Shown here: positions 26,082 to 34,629 of the stretch, in pieces
Numbering within the stretch: position 1 is the stretch's first letter
Layout: each line of letters begins with the position of its first letter
Assembly (NCBI GenBank): GCA_947629475.1
Contig: CANRDV010000003.1
Span: forward strand, 1 to 48,088
Length of the DNA stretch: 48,088 nt
Direction: 5' to 3'
From: an uncultured Bacilli bacterium
Lineage (GTDB): Bacteria; Bacillota_I; Bacilli_A; RF39; UBA660
Notes under the pieces: generated by a model
The model's input: only the letters and a program-made list of their open reading frames with translations
Told to the model about the DNA's origin: nothing
Databases searched by the model: none
Position numbers and translations under genes: made by a program

Positions 26082-26765
26082 ATGAATAAATTAAAAGCAA
26101 AAATAAATGAAATAAATATGAATATAACTAAGAATACAAAAAAAGATGAACTAATCGATAAATTAATCCTTGCAAGTTTTCCAGTTTCAATTTTAACTTT
26201 ACTAGTAAGTATTGGATATCCTCCTTTAGGATTAATAAATATAATTTCTCTTTTATTACCTAATTTTTTAACTTTTATAAGACTTTCTAATTATAATACT
26301 AAAAAACTAAAAAATGATATTTTCTATATTGATTATATTAGATACGATAAAGACTTTAATCTTGATGAAGTTAAAAATTTAAGAGAAAATTTAAAAATAA
26401 ATAATAAAAAACACAATAAAGTACCTACTTTAAAATATGGAATATCCGGTCTTCTTACAATTATGGCTTCTATTCTTGGATTAGGACTTACTACTAGTGC
26501 AACTTCCATTTATTATTTGATTGCAATTTATTTTATAGCTTGGTTAATCGAAGGAAATATAGTTATTAAGAGTTCTTCTAATTATAAAGATGCAAATAAT
26601 AGATTAAATTTAATTGTAACTGAATTTGAAAATAGAGAAAAAGAAAAAGAAAAAATAATAGATTCTAAAGAGACTCCTAAAGTTATTGCAAATACAAAAA
26701 CGATAACTCCAAATATAAATTATGAAGAGGAAATTAAACCTAAAACCAAAGTATTAAAGAAATAG
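26082..26765 (+). CDS. Hypothetical membrane protein with basic C-terminal tail
   Basis: Two TM hairpins. Ends EEIKPKTKVLKK. Confidence 0.6.
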   Translation: MNKLKAKINEINMNITKNTKKDELIDKLILASFPVSILTLLVSIGYPPLGLINIISLLLPNFLTFIRLSNYNTKKLKNDIFYIDYIRYDKDFNLDEVKNLRENLKINNKKHNKVPTLKYGISGLLTIMASILGLGLTTSATSIYYLIAIYFIAWLIEGNIVIKSSSNYKDANNRLNLIVTEFENREKEKEKIIDSKETPKVIANTKTITPNINYEEEIKPKTKVLKK

Positions 26766-26884
26766 TTTAATAATAAGCATTTCTTTTTTTTTGACATTTT
26801 AAGTATCAATTATTGGAAATATATTTTGTTATTTAGAGTAATATTTACTTTCTAATTAATGAATTTAAAGTAATGAAGCGAATG

Positions 26885-27014
26885 TTGGCTCGAAAGGAAA
26901 CTAATGAAAACCATTATTTATAAGGATTTACAAACGTTTAAAAGAAATGTGGTTCGTAAGATGGAACGAAAGTGGTTCGAAAGGATTGATAAAATTTAGA
27001 AAATGTACTATAAT
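26885..27014 (+). promoter_or_regulatory. Direct-repeat operator-like array and sigma-A promoter
   Basis: TGGnnCGwAAG at about 26886, 26950, 26962 and 26973, then TTGATA (26986-26991), 17 bp, TATAAT (27009-27014). Confidence 0.55.
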
Positions 27015-27033
27015 ATAAATGGAGGGATGAGAT

Positions 27034-28305
27034 ATGTTTAAAGAAAGTGATACTTTAGAATTAAAAAGGGAATTAAATCCCAAAATATGTAAAGAAATAA
27101 TTGCTTTGGCTAATACTAAAGGAGGAACAATTTATATAGGTTATGATGATGATGGTAATTTAGTTGGACTTCCTAATGCAAAAGAAGAACTTGATAAATT
27201 AAGTAATTACATATCAGATAATATTGCCCCAAATTTAACCTTTAATTTATCATTATCAATTATAAAAGAACTTGAAAAAGAAGTTATAGTTATAAAAGTT
27301 TTAAAAGGTACAAATAGACCATATTATTTAAAGAGTAAAGGAATAACACCTGAAGGTGTTTATGTTAGACTTGGTGCTACTAATAGAATGGCAACAAGAG
27401 ATGAAATAGTGAAAATGATTATGGAAGATACTAATGTCAAATTTGAAGATAATATAAGTATTAATCAAGATTTAACTTTTAAGGCTTTAGAACGAGAATT
27501 TAAAAATCAAGATATAGAATTAAATAATATAAAGATGAAAAATATGGGACTTATAAATGATGATAATAAGTATACTAATCTTGCTTATATTGTAAGTGAC
27601 CAAAATAACTTTCCTATTAAGATTGCTATATATAAGGGTGATGATAAAGTTGAATTTTTAGATAGAAAAGAAATAGAAGAGGGAAGTATTTTTGAGCAAT
27701 TAGAAGAGGTAGAAAGATTTTTGAAATTAGTAATTAAAGTACCAGCTAAGATAGTTGGAATGGAAAGGGTAGAAAGACCAGAATATAGTTTAGAAACTAT
27801 TCGTGAAAGTCTTTTAAATTCTATAATTCATCGTGATTATAGTGTTTATGGAAGTACATTAATTAACATATATGAAAATAGTATAGAAATATCTAATATA
27901 GGTGGCTTAGTTGGTGGACTAACAATAGATTCAATTAAAAGAGGAAATTCAGCTACTAGAAATCCTAAGTTAGCATCAATTTTTCATAGATTAGGATTAG
28001 TTGAAGCCTATGGTTCAGGGATACCTAGAATACTTGCTAGATATAAAAATCAAAAAAAACAAGTAGAAATTGAATCGGTTGATAATAGTTTCTTTATTAG
28101 ATTTCCTAAATTAGAATATAATGATGATAATGATGATTCGGTAATTGACTATGTTAAAGAAAATGGGAAAATAACTAGAGAAAATGTTCAAGATATACTT
28201 AATTGTAGTAAATCTAGTGCTATTAGAAAATTAAATTCTTATGTTGATAAATCCATTTTAAAAAAAATCGATGGTGGTAAAAGTACATATTATGAAAAAT
28301 TTTAG
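27034..28305 (+). CDS. Schlafen/AlbA_2 domain + HATPase_c_4 (RecG C-terminal-like) + winged-HTH protein
   Basis: ESDTLELK, ALANTKGGTIYIGYDDDG, YVRLGAT, RESLLNSIIHRDYS, RNPKLA, VEAYGSGI, C-terminal wHTH ending GKSTYY. Confidence 0.85.
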   Translation: MFKESDTLELKRELNPKICKEIIALANTKGGTIYIGYDDDGNLVGLPNAKEELDKLSNYISDNIAPNLTFNLSLSIIKELEKEVIVIKVLKGTNRPYYLKSKGITPEGVYVRLGATNRMATRDEIVKMIMEDTNVKFEDNISINQDLTFKALEREFKNQDIELNNIKMKNMGLINDDNKYTNLAYIVSDQNNFPIKIAIYKGDDKVEFLDRKEIEEGSIFEQLEEVERFLKLVIKVPAKIVGMERVERPEYSLETIRESLLNSIIHRDYSVYGSTLINIYENSIEISNIGGLVGGLTIDSIKRGNSATRNPKLASIFHRLGLVEAYGSGIPRILARYKNQKKQVEIESVDNSFFIRFPKLEYNDDNDDSVIDYVKENGKITRENVQDILNCSKSSAIRKLNSYVDKSILKKIDGGKSTYYEKF

Positions 28306-28326
28306 ATAAGTTATGATAGCTTATCT

Positions 28327-29133
28327 TTATTTGTCTAAAAACTCATAGTAATATTCTTCAAAAGATAGATTATGTTCTTTGATGTAAGTTGCAACTTTAA
28401 CTCCTACATATCTATAATGCCAAGGTTCATAGATATAACCAGTTATGTTTTCTTTATCACTTGGATATCTTAAAATAAAACCATACTTATGAGCATTTTC
28501 CATCATCCATTTAAATTCTTTTGTATCTATAAAATCAGTGTAAACTTTTGTTATATTATCAATATCAATAGCAAGTCCTGTATGATGTTCAGAAAAACCA
28601 GGTCTTGCAGAATAAGTATCTGCGTTATTAACACCATCACTTTTAGCATAATTAGAATAAAGATTAGCTTGGTAATCATAAGTTCTATAAGTAGAAATAG
28701 CTCTTAAATTTAATCCTTTATCTTTAGCATCTCTTGCCATTTTAATAAAAGCATCTTTAGTATCTTTATCAAGCATCATTCCTTTCTTTGCAAATTCCGG
28801 AACCGAAACTAAAGTTGGTACTTTAAAATCCTTAGTTACATAATTATATTTATTAACAAGCATTAAAGGATTAAACTCTGTAATTTCTTTAGTATTAGTA
28901 TAAAAACTATTATCAAGATTCATATTAACTCTTAAAACAATATCTTTATAACTTAAACTAGGATAATCTAATTGATAGTTCTTATATCTTTCTAAATAAT
29001 CTTTTTTATAAAACTTAAATTCTTGATAAGGATTATCTTCTTTTTTTACTTTTTCTTTTTTGTTATTCTTTAAAATACATAAAAAAGACACTATAATAAT
29101 TAATATAATCAAAATAATCATACCTTTTTTCAT
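28327..29133 (-). CDS. M15B D-alanyl-D-alanine/LD-carboxypeptidase (VanY/LdcB-like)
   Basis: N-terminal TM, LVNK, STYR, SARPGFSEHHTGLAID, YGFILRYP, YEPWHYRYVG. Confidence 0.9.
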   Translation of the reverse strand: MKKGMIILIILIIIVSFLCILKNNKKEKVKKEDNPYQEFKFYKKDYLERYKNYQLDYPSLSYKDIVLRVNMNLDNSFYTNTKEITEFNPLMLVNKYNYVTKDFKVPTLVSVPEFAKKGMMLDKDTKDAFIKMARDAKDKGLNLRAISTYRTYDYQANLYSNYAKSDGVNNADTYSARPGFSEHHTGLAIDIDNITKVYTDFIDTKEFKWMMENAHKYGFILRYPSDKENITGYIYEPWHYRYVGVKVATYIKEHNLSFEEYYYEFLDK

Positions 29134-29225
29134 TTAATCACCTTTTATATAATATTATGTAATAGTTAAAAAAAATATCTCTTTTAGGAGTTCTATGATA
29201 TAATTAATAGGAAAGGACTGATATT

Positions 29226-30020
29226 ATGCAAGACTTTAATTATAAAAAATCCTTAGGACAAAATTTCTTAAATGATAAAAATGTATTAACAAGAATAGTT
29301 AACTGTGTTCCTTTTAAAGATAATTCTTTAGTGATTGAAGTAGGACCAGGAAGTGGTAATTTAACTCGAGAGTTAGCTAAAGTTGCCAGTCAAGTTTTAT
29401 GTTACGAAATAGATACTAGATTAGAAAGTATTTTAGATGATTCTTTAAAAGAATGTTCAAATGTTCGAATAATTTTCAATGATTTTTTGAAAAGTGATAT
29501 AAATGCAGATTTAAAAATTTATAAATATGATAACTTATATTTAGTTGCTAATCTTCCTTATTATATAACAACTCCAATTATTGAAAAAGTAATTACTTCT
29601 AATCTTGATTTTAAATATATAACGGTTATGGTGCAAAAAGAAGTAGGGGAAAGATTTAATGCCAAGCCTGGAATGCGGGAATATAATTCTTTAACTGTTT
29701 ATTTAAATTATTATTTTGATATAAAGAAAGAATTTATTGTATCACGTAATTCATTCACTCCTAAACCAAATGTTGATAGTATGGTTATATCACTTATTAA
29801 AAAGGATAAATGTTTACCCTTAAAAGATGAAGAATTTTTTAATAAGTTATTACATGATGCTTTTAAATATAAAAGAAAAAATATTAGAAATAATTTAAAA
29901 AGTTATGATTTAAATAAAGTTTTAGAAGTATTAAATAAGTATAATTATGACTTAACAGTAAGAGCAGAGGAATTATGTTTAGAAATATTTGTTGAACTTG
30001 CGAATACTTTAAAAAAATAG
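29226..30020 (+). CDS. rsmA: 16S rRNA adenine dimethyltransferase RsmA/KsgA
   Basis: KKSLGQNFL, EVGPGSG, EID, ANLPYYITTPI, MVQKEV, PKPNVDS. Confidence 0.95.
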   Translation: MQDFNYKKSLGQNFLNDKNVLTRIVNCVPFKDNSLVIEVGPGSGNLTRELAKVASQVLCYEIDTRLESILDDSLKECSNVRIIFNDFLKSDINADLKIYKYDNLYLVANLPYYITTPIIEKVITSNLDFKYITVMVQKEVGERFNAKPGMREYNSLTVYLNYYFDIKKEFIVSRNSFTPKPNVDSMVISLIKKDKCLPLKDEEFFNKLLHDAFKYKRKNIRNNLKSYDLNKVLEVLNKYNYDLTVRAEELCLEIFVELANTLKK

Positions 30021-30044
30021 CATAGATTAAGTTTATGCTATTTT
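30014..30044. terminator. Bidirectional terminator between convergent genes
   Basis: AAAATAGCATAGA-ttaag-TTTATGCTATTTT. Confidence 0.7.
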
Positions 30045-31347
30045 AATATAAGTTTAAATTATCAATATATTCAATTAAGTAAAGAGGAATATTAACAATT
30101 TTACCATCTTTATGTAAATTATTTAAAGAAAATCTAAATGAAATTTCATTGTCATGATTAGAATTATATTTACTTAAACTATTATTATTAGTACTTTTAT
30201 TGGATTTTACTTCAATTGGAATAATTGTATTTTTTCTTTCAATTACAAAATCAACTATATATCTATCAATTTTATAATAATTAGGAGCTTCTTCTAACAT
30301 ATAACTTAAAGTATTAGCAACATAGTTTTCGGTGAATGTTCCTTTAAATTCTTCAAACAATTTATTATTTTCTAAAATAATACTACTATCTAAATTAGAC
30401 ATTCTTCTGAGAAGTCCAATATCATTCATATAAATTTTATAAGCATTTAAATCTTGATAACCTTTTAAAGGAAAGGAACATTTATTTACTAAATAACATT
30501 TGTTAATTAAATTTGCATCTTTTAGCCAATTAAGAGCACCTTCATATTCTCTAGCCCTTGCACCTTCTTTTATTACTTGATAAACAAACTTTTTATTTTC
30601 TCTTGCAAGTTCAGATGGTATTCCATTCCAAATTAAAGAAATTTTATTAGCTTCAGAACTTTCAACATGTTTAGAAAAATCACTTTCATAAGAGTCTAAT
30701 ATATTCTTTTGAATTTTATTAACCTTTGATATGTCTTTATCATTAGCCCAACTATAAACTACTTCGGGCATTCCTCCAACAATAAAATAAGTTTTTAATT
30801 TTTCAATCAACTCATCTTCAAAGATTTTAGGTATTTCTTTAATTTCTTTTAGTGATTTCATAAACTCAACCAGATTTTCTTTATTAATAGCAATCAAAAA
30901 TTCACTGAAAGTCATAGGATACATATAAAGAAAATCTACTTTGCCAACGGGAAATGAAGTTTTAGAAAGTTTTATTCCAAGAAGAGAACCAGCACAGGCA
31001 ATATGATAATCATTTGCTTCTTCACAAAAATATTTTAAAGAATTTAAAGCATTTGGACATTCTTGAATTTCATCAAAAATAATTAAAGTCGTAAGAGGAT
31101 TAATTTTCATTCCACTAGCTAAAGATAATTGTTCAATTAATCTTTTAGGGTCTTTAGTATTTAAAAATAAGTTTGCTAAACCATCATCATGGTCAAAATT
31201 AAAATAAGCAACATTTTCATAATTATTTTCACCAAATTCTTTTAAAATATATGTCTTTCCAACTTGTCTAGCACCTCTTAAAATTAAAGGTTTTCTGTCT
31301 TTACTTTCTTTCCATTCTAATAATTTTTCAGTTATAAATCTTTTCAT
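30043..31347 (-). CDS. AAA_14 ATPase with DUF4143 / C-terminal PD-(D/E)XK-like domain
   Basis: GARQVGKT, IIFDEIQ, AGSLLG, PMTFSEFL, GGMPE, DIGLL, ENYV, VDF...PIEVKS. Confidence 0.88.
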   Translation of the reverse strand: MKRFITEKLLEWKESKDRKPLILRGARQVGKTYILKEFGENNYENVAYFNFDHDDGLANLFLNTKDPKRLIEQLSLASGMKINPLTTLIIFDEIQECPNALNSLKYFCEEANDYHIACAGSLLGIKLSKTSFPVGKVDFLYMYPMTFSEFLIAINKENLVEFMKSLKEIKEIPKIFEDELIEKLKTYFIVGGMPEVVYSWANDKDISKVNKIQKNILDSYESDFSKHVESSEANKISLIWNGIPSELARENKKFVYQVIKEGARAREYEGALNWLKDANLINKCYLVNKCSFPLKGYQDLNAYKIYMNDIGLLRRMSNLDSSIILENNKLFEEFKGTFTENYVANTLSYMLEEAPNYYKIDRYIVDFVIERKNTIIPIEVKSNKSTNNNSLSKYNSNHDNEISFRFSLNNLHKDGKIVNIPLYLIEYIDNLNLY

Positions 31348-31371
31348 TTAATCACCTCTATCTATATTATA

Positions 31372-31449
31372 TCACACTTTTGCAAACAAAATAACAGTTT
31401 TTCTCACACTTTTGCAAGGATTTTCTTAAAAATAATCACACTTTTGTAA
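31372..31449. repeat. Three 14-bp direct repeats TCACACTTTTGYAA at 32-bp period
   Basis: Copies at 31372, 31404 and 31436, abutting the minus-strand TGaTATAAT (31366-31374). A fourth copy is at 32450. Confidence 0.9.
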
Positions 31450-31470
31450 AGATATAGTTATTCTAAAATA

Positions 31471-31515
31471 AAAAAAGACTGTTGAGAATTTCGATTACTT
31501 AATTTCTCAATAGTC
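31471..31515 (-). terminator. Terminator of the 31546-32355 gene
   Basis: Stem GACTGTTGAGAA/TTCTCAATAGTC with A-run 31471-31476 (U-tract on minus strand). Confidence 0.7.
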
Positions 31516-31545
31516 CCTTTAATTTTGTCTTTATGATAAATTATT

Positions 31546-32355
31546 CTAATTATTGGAATTATTATTTTGTATAATGGCTATAATTTGTAGGATTCTATAA
31601 ATAAGCTCTAGTAAGGAAACAATCATATCATTTACATATTGAATGTTATATAATTTATATAATTTCTTTAGCATTTTTAATTCTTCATCTGTTGCCATTT
31701 TGCTATCTTTTAAAACTTCATAAGCTTTATTTTGAGCTTTAATTTCAGTTTTTAATACCTTGATTGACATCACAAATGAAACTAAATATAAAACTAAGCC
31801 TAAAGATGCGAATATCATTGTAAATGTTAAATTCTGACTTTTCATAATTAGAATATCGATTAATACACCTATGATGATAAGTGGAATAAATGCCAATGGT
31901 CCAAAATAGATAATAGGTGTTAATTTAATTCTTGATTTCATATCAGGATCATTTTCTTTATCAAGAATAGCTAAGCAAGACTTCTGAGCTGCCATAGCTA
32001 AGGAAGATACGGACTTTTTCTTCCAAGTTAATCGTCTTAATCTTACCTTCTTGAAGAAATGACTATAACTATTTCCAAAAAGTATAGAACCACTTGATTT
32101 AACTTTTATGTGTTCTAGTTCATTTTCATCTAGTATTTGTCTAGCAATTTTTTCACCTGTCATATCTATGCTGTTTTGTTTTTTATTGTACTTATGATAT
32201 TTAATAGCTAAAACAATTTGAACGATAAAAGCAAATATAGATACAACTGCAATTAAAGTTAAAATTATTCCCATTAAAATAATTATGGTATCAGATACGT
32301 TATTTAGGCTATACCCAAAAGATGTTTCTACTATTTCTCTAAAAGCTTCTGCCAT
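31546..32355 (-). CDS. Zn_peptidase_2 (YugP-like) membrane protein lacking HExxH
   Basis: TGEKIARQILDEN, KKVRL, SVSSLAMAA, EIKA...A landmarks. The HExGH position reads QKSCL. Confidence 0.65.
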   Translation of the reverse strand: MAEAFREIVETSFGYSLNNVSDTIIILMGIILTLIAVVSIFAFIVQIVLAIKYHKYNKKQNSIDMTGEKIARQILDENELEHIKVKSSGSILFGNSYSHFFKKVRLRRLTWKKKSVSSLAMAAQKSCLAILDKENDPDMKSRIKLTPIIYFGPLAFIPLIIIGVLIDILIMKSQNLTFTMIFASLGLVLYLVSFVMSIKVLKTEIKAQNKAYEVLKDSKMATDEELKMLKKLYKLYNIQYVNDMIVSLLELIYRILQIIAIIQNNNSNN

Positions 32356-32519
32356 ATATTTTCACTCCTTTCTTTGAATATATTATACTTTTTTTTGTCG
32401 AGTTTAGTCAATAAAATTGCTAACTTGAGCTTCGGTTTTTAAAAAATAATCACACTTTTGTAAAAATATAATTATTCTAAAATATAAAAGTTAGCATATA
32501 ATTTCATGGAGATGATTAT

Positions 32520-33296
32520 ATGCCGTTTAATATTGGAGATTTAGTAACAAGAAATTCCTATGACAACGATACAGTTTTCAAGATACTTGATATTGACTCT
32601 GGAATAGCTGTTTTGAAGGGTGTTAATATTAGACTTTTAGCAGATGCCGAAGTTTCTGATTTAAAGAAAGTTGAAGTTAATAAAAATATAAAAGATGACC
32701 AAGTTTTCTTAGACAGATTTCAAGTTAATTTAGATAGAAATGAATATTTCTATTTGCCCGGAAAGGTTTTACATATTGATTCAGATGAAGAATACCTTGA
32801 AAGATGTATGGATTTTTATAAAAATGTTCACGTTAAAGCTATTGGAATTAAGATTAAGGAAGATGAAGTAAGTAGTAATATTAAAAAATTATTGGAAGAA
32901 TATAATCCTGATATCTTAGTTATAACAGGACATGATGCTTATTATAAAAAATTAGGTAACTTAGATGATAATGATAATTATAAAAATACAACTAATTTCA
33001 TTAAAAGTGTTAAGGAAGCTAGAAAATATGATGACCATGATAGATTAATAATCATAGCTGGTGCTTGTCAATCAAACTATGAAGAGTTAATTAAAGCTGG
33101 TGCTAATTTTGCAAGTAGTCCTAAGAGAATAAATATTCATGCTCTAGACCCAGCCATTATTGCCTCAAGTGTTGCTTTAAGTGATAAAAATAAACCCATT
33201 GATTTAATAGGTATTCTTGAAAAAACTAAATATGGTTCTAAAGGTATTGGAGGAATTATAACCAATGGAACAATGTATGTGGGGTATCCAAGATGA
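32520..33296 (+). CDS. yabG: Sporulation peptidase YabG
   Basis: GDLVTRNSY, RLLADA, PGKVLHID, PDILVITGHD, AGACQS, AGANFASSPKRINIHALDP. Upstream TCTAAA...CATATAAT sporulation-type promoter. Confidence 0.93.
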   Translation: MPFNIGDLVTRNSYDNDTVFKILDIDSGIAVLKGVNIRLLADAEVSDLKKVEVNKNIKDDQVFLDRFQVNLDRNEYFYLPGKVLHIDSDEEYLERCMDFYKNVHVKAIGIKIKEDEVSSNIKKLLEEYNPDILVITGHDAYYKKLGNLDDNDNYKNTTNFIKSVKEARKYDDHDRLIIIAGACQSNYEELIKAGANFASSPKRINIHALDPAIIASSVALSDKNKPIDLIGILEKTKYGSKGIGGIITNGTMYVGYPR

Positions 33297-33517
33297 TATC
33301 AAAGATTAAAAATGATTTAGAAAAAGAAATTGGTAAACCTTTACATTTTAGATTTAATGGAGCTAGAAATCAAATTGAAGAATTTGAAGGTTGCATTGAA
33401 AATACTTATAACTTTATCTTTACAATTAAAACAATTGGGGATAATGAAAGAATTAAATCTTTTACTTATAGTGACATTTTAACTTTAAATTTAGAGATAT
33501 TAGATTTAAAAGATTAG
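33293..33517 (+). CDS. veg: Veg family protein
   Basis: IK..L...IG...NGAR...EG.IENTY..IF...SFTYSDILT, in the rsmA-yabG-veg order. Confidence 0.88.
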   Translation: MISKIKNDLEKEIGKPLHFRFNGARNQIEEFEGCIENTYNFIFTIKTIGDNERIKSFTYSDILTLNLEILDLKD

Positions 33518-33636
33518 TTAGCTAGTCTTTTTTAGTTTACAAAAAAATATGTAAATAAGAAGTATTTTATTTGTAAATTTTAAAAAAATCTTGAATAAAG
33601 TTGTAAATAGGGATATTATAATTATGGAGGAATAAA

Positions 33637-34302
33637 ATGGAAGAGAAAAGTAATGTTTTTAAATATTTATTTATAGTATTTTTAATTTTAACTTGTGTAT
33701 TAGGAGGATTTTTAGTTTATGATAAGTTTATAAAAGAATCTGATAGTAATATTCAAGATAGTAATAACAATTATGCAGATGATAATTCAGAACAAGATAC
33801 TAATAATACTCAAGATAATAATGGAAATACTATTAGTGAAAATAGTTATGATAATTTTAAAGAAAATTTTATTAAAGCAAGAGAAAATTATTATGCTGAG
33901 GTTAAAGATAAAGCATATTTTGTAAGAAATACTTCAGAAATTACTTTAGATAAGGATGGTAATTTATATTATTCTAATGAAAATTCTAAAGAAACAATAG
34001 CAACTAATGTTTTAGATTTTGATTTTCTACATTCAGGTAATGGTGGAGAAAAGACTTTATATTTTATTAAAGAAGACGGAACTGTTAGTTGTGCAAGAGG
34101 AGTATTTTTAACTCCAACGAATAATAAATTAACTTTTGATAAAAATAATTTAGATATTCAAAATAATATTGGAGGATATAAGAATATTATAGGATTCCAA
34201 GATGGTACGGTTTCTGTTTGTGGCAATGAAATTTGTTCAGATTCAGCATCGCCTATGTTTATAGATATAAATGGAAATATGTATAATGAAAATATTCGTT
34301 AA
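33637..34302 (+). CDS. N-terminally anchored surface protein
   Basis: MEEKSN, TM ending LGGFLVYDK, N/D/Q linker, beta-rich domain (LYFIKEDGTV). Confidence 0.7.
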   Translation: MEEKSNVFKYLFIVFLILTCVLGGFLVYDKFIKESDSNIQDSNNNYADDNSEQDTNNTQDNNGNTISENSYDNFKENFIKARENYYAEVKDKAYFVRNTSEITLDKDGNLYYSNENSKETIATNVLDFDFLHSGNGGEKTLYFIKEDGTVSCARGVFLTPTNNKLTFDKNNLDIQNNIGGYKNIIGFQDGTVSVCGNEICSDSASPMFIDINGNMYNENIR

Positions 34303-34629
34303 AATTATGTTTATAAAATAAAGGGAAATGAGTTAAAGATTTAATGGAAGAGGATATGGTTAGAATTATTTGCTCAATTTCACATGCTAAAATGACTAGT
34401 ATATATCCATATAATTCAAGAGATACAGAAAAATATTAGTATATATAGATGCGATTAATCCTGGATAAGCCAGATAATCTAATATAGATTTTGCTAGTAA
34501 CTTTAATATTGTTAATTTAGATTTTATAAATGTTACAGATTAAAAATTAGATGAAATATTCTAATTTTTTTTTAATATTATTTAAAATTTTTCTTTTTTT
34601 AGATATAATATAGTTGTTGAGGTGGAAAG

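Larger units (their letters stand above)
31428..32484. repeat. 43-bp direct repeat pair flanking one gene
   Basis: 31428-31470 and 32442-32484 match at 41 of 43 positions. Confidence 0.9.

Noticed and set aside
28327-29133. Vancomycin-resistance gene vanY
   Set aside because: It is a lone M15B peptidase with no van cluster, consistent with a housekeeping carboxypeptidase.
31372-31449. Regularly spaced repeats as a CRISPR array
   Set aside because: Repeats of 14 bp with 18-bp gaps are too short, no cas genes are present, and they overlap a promoter.
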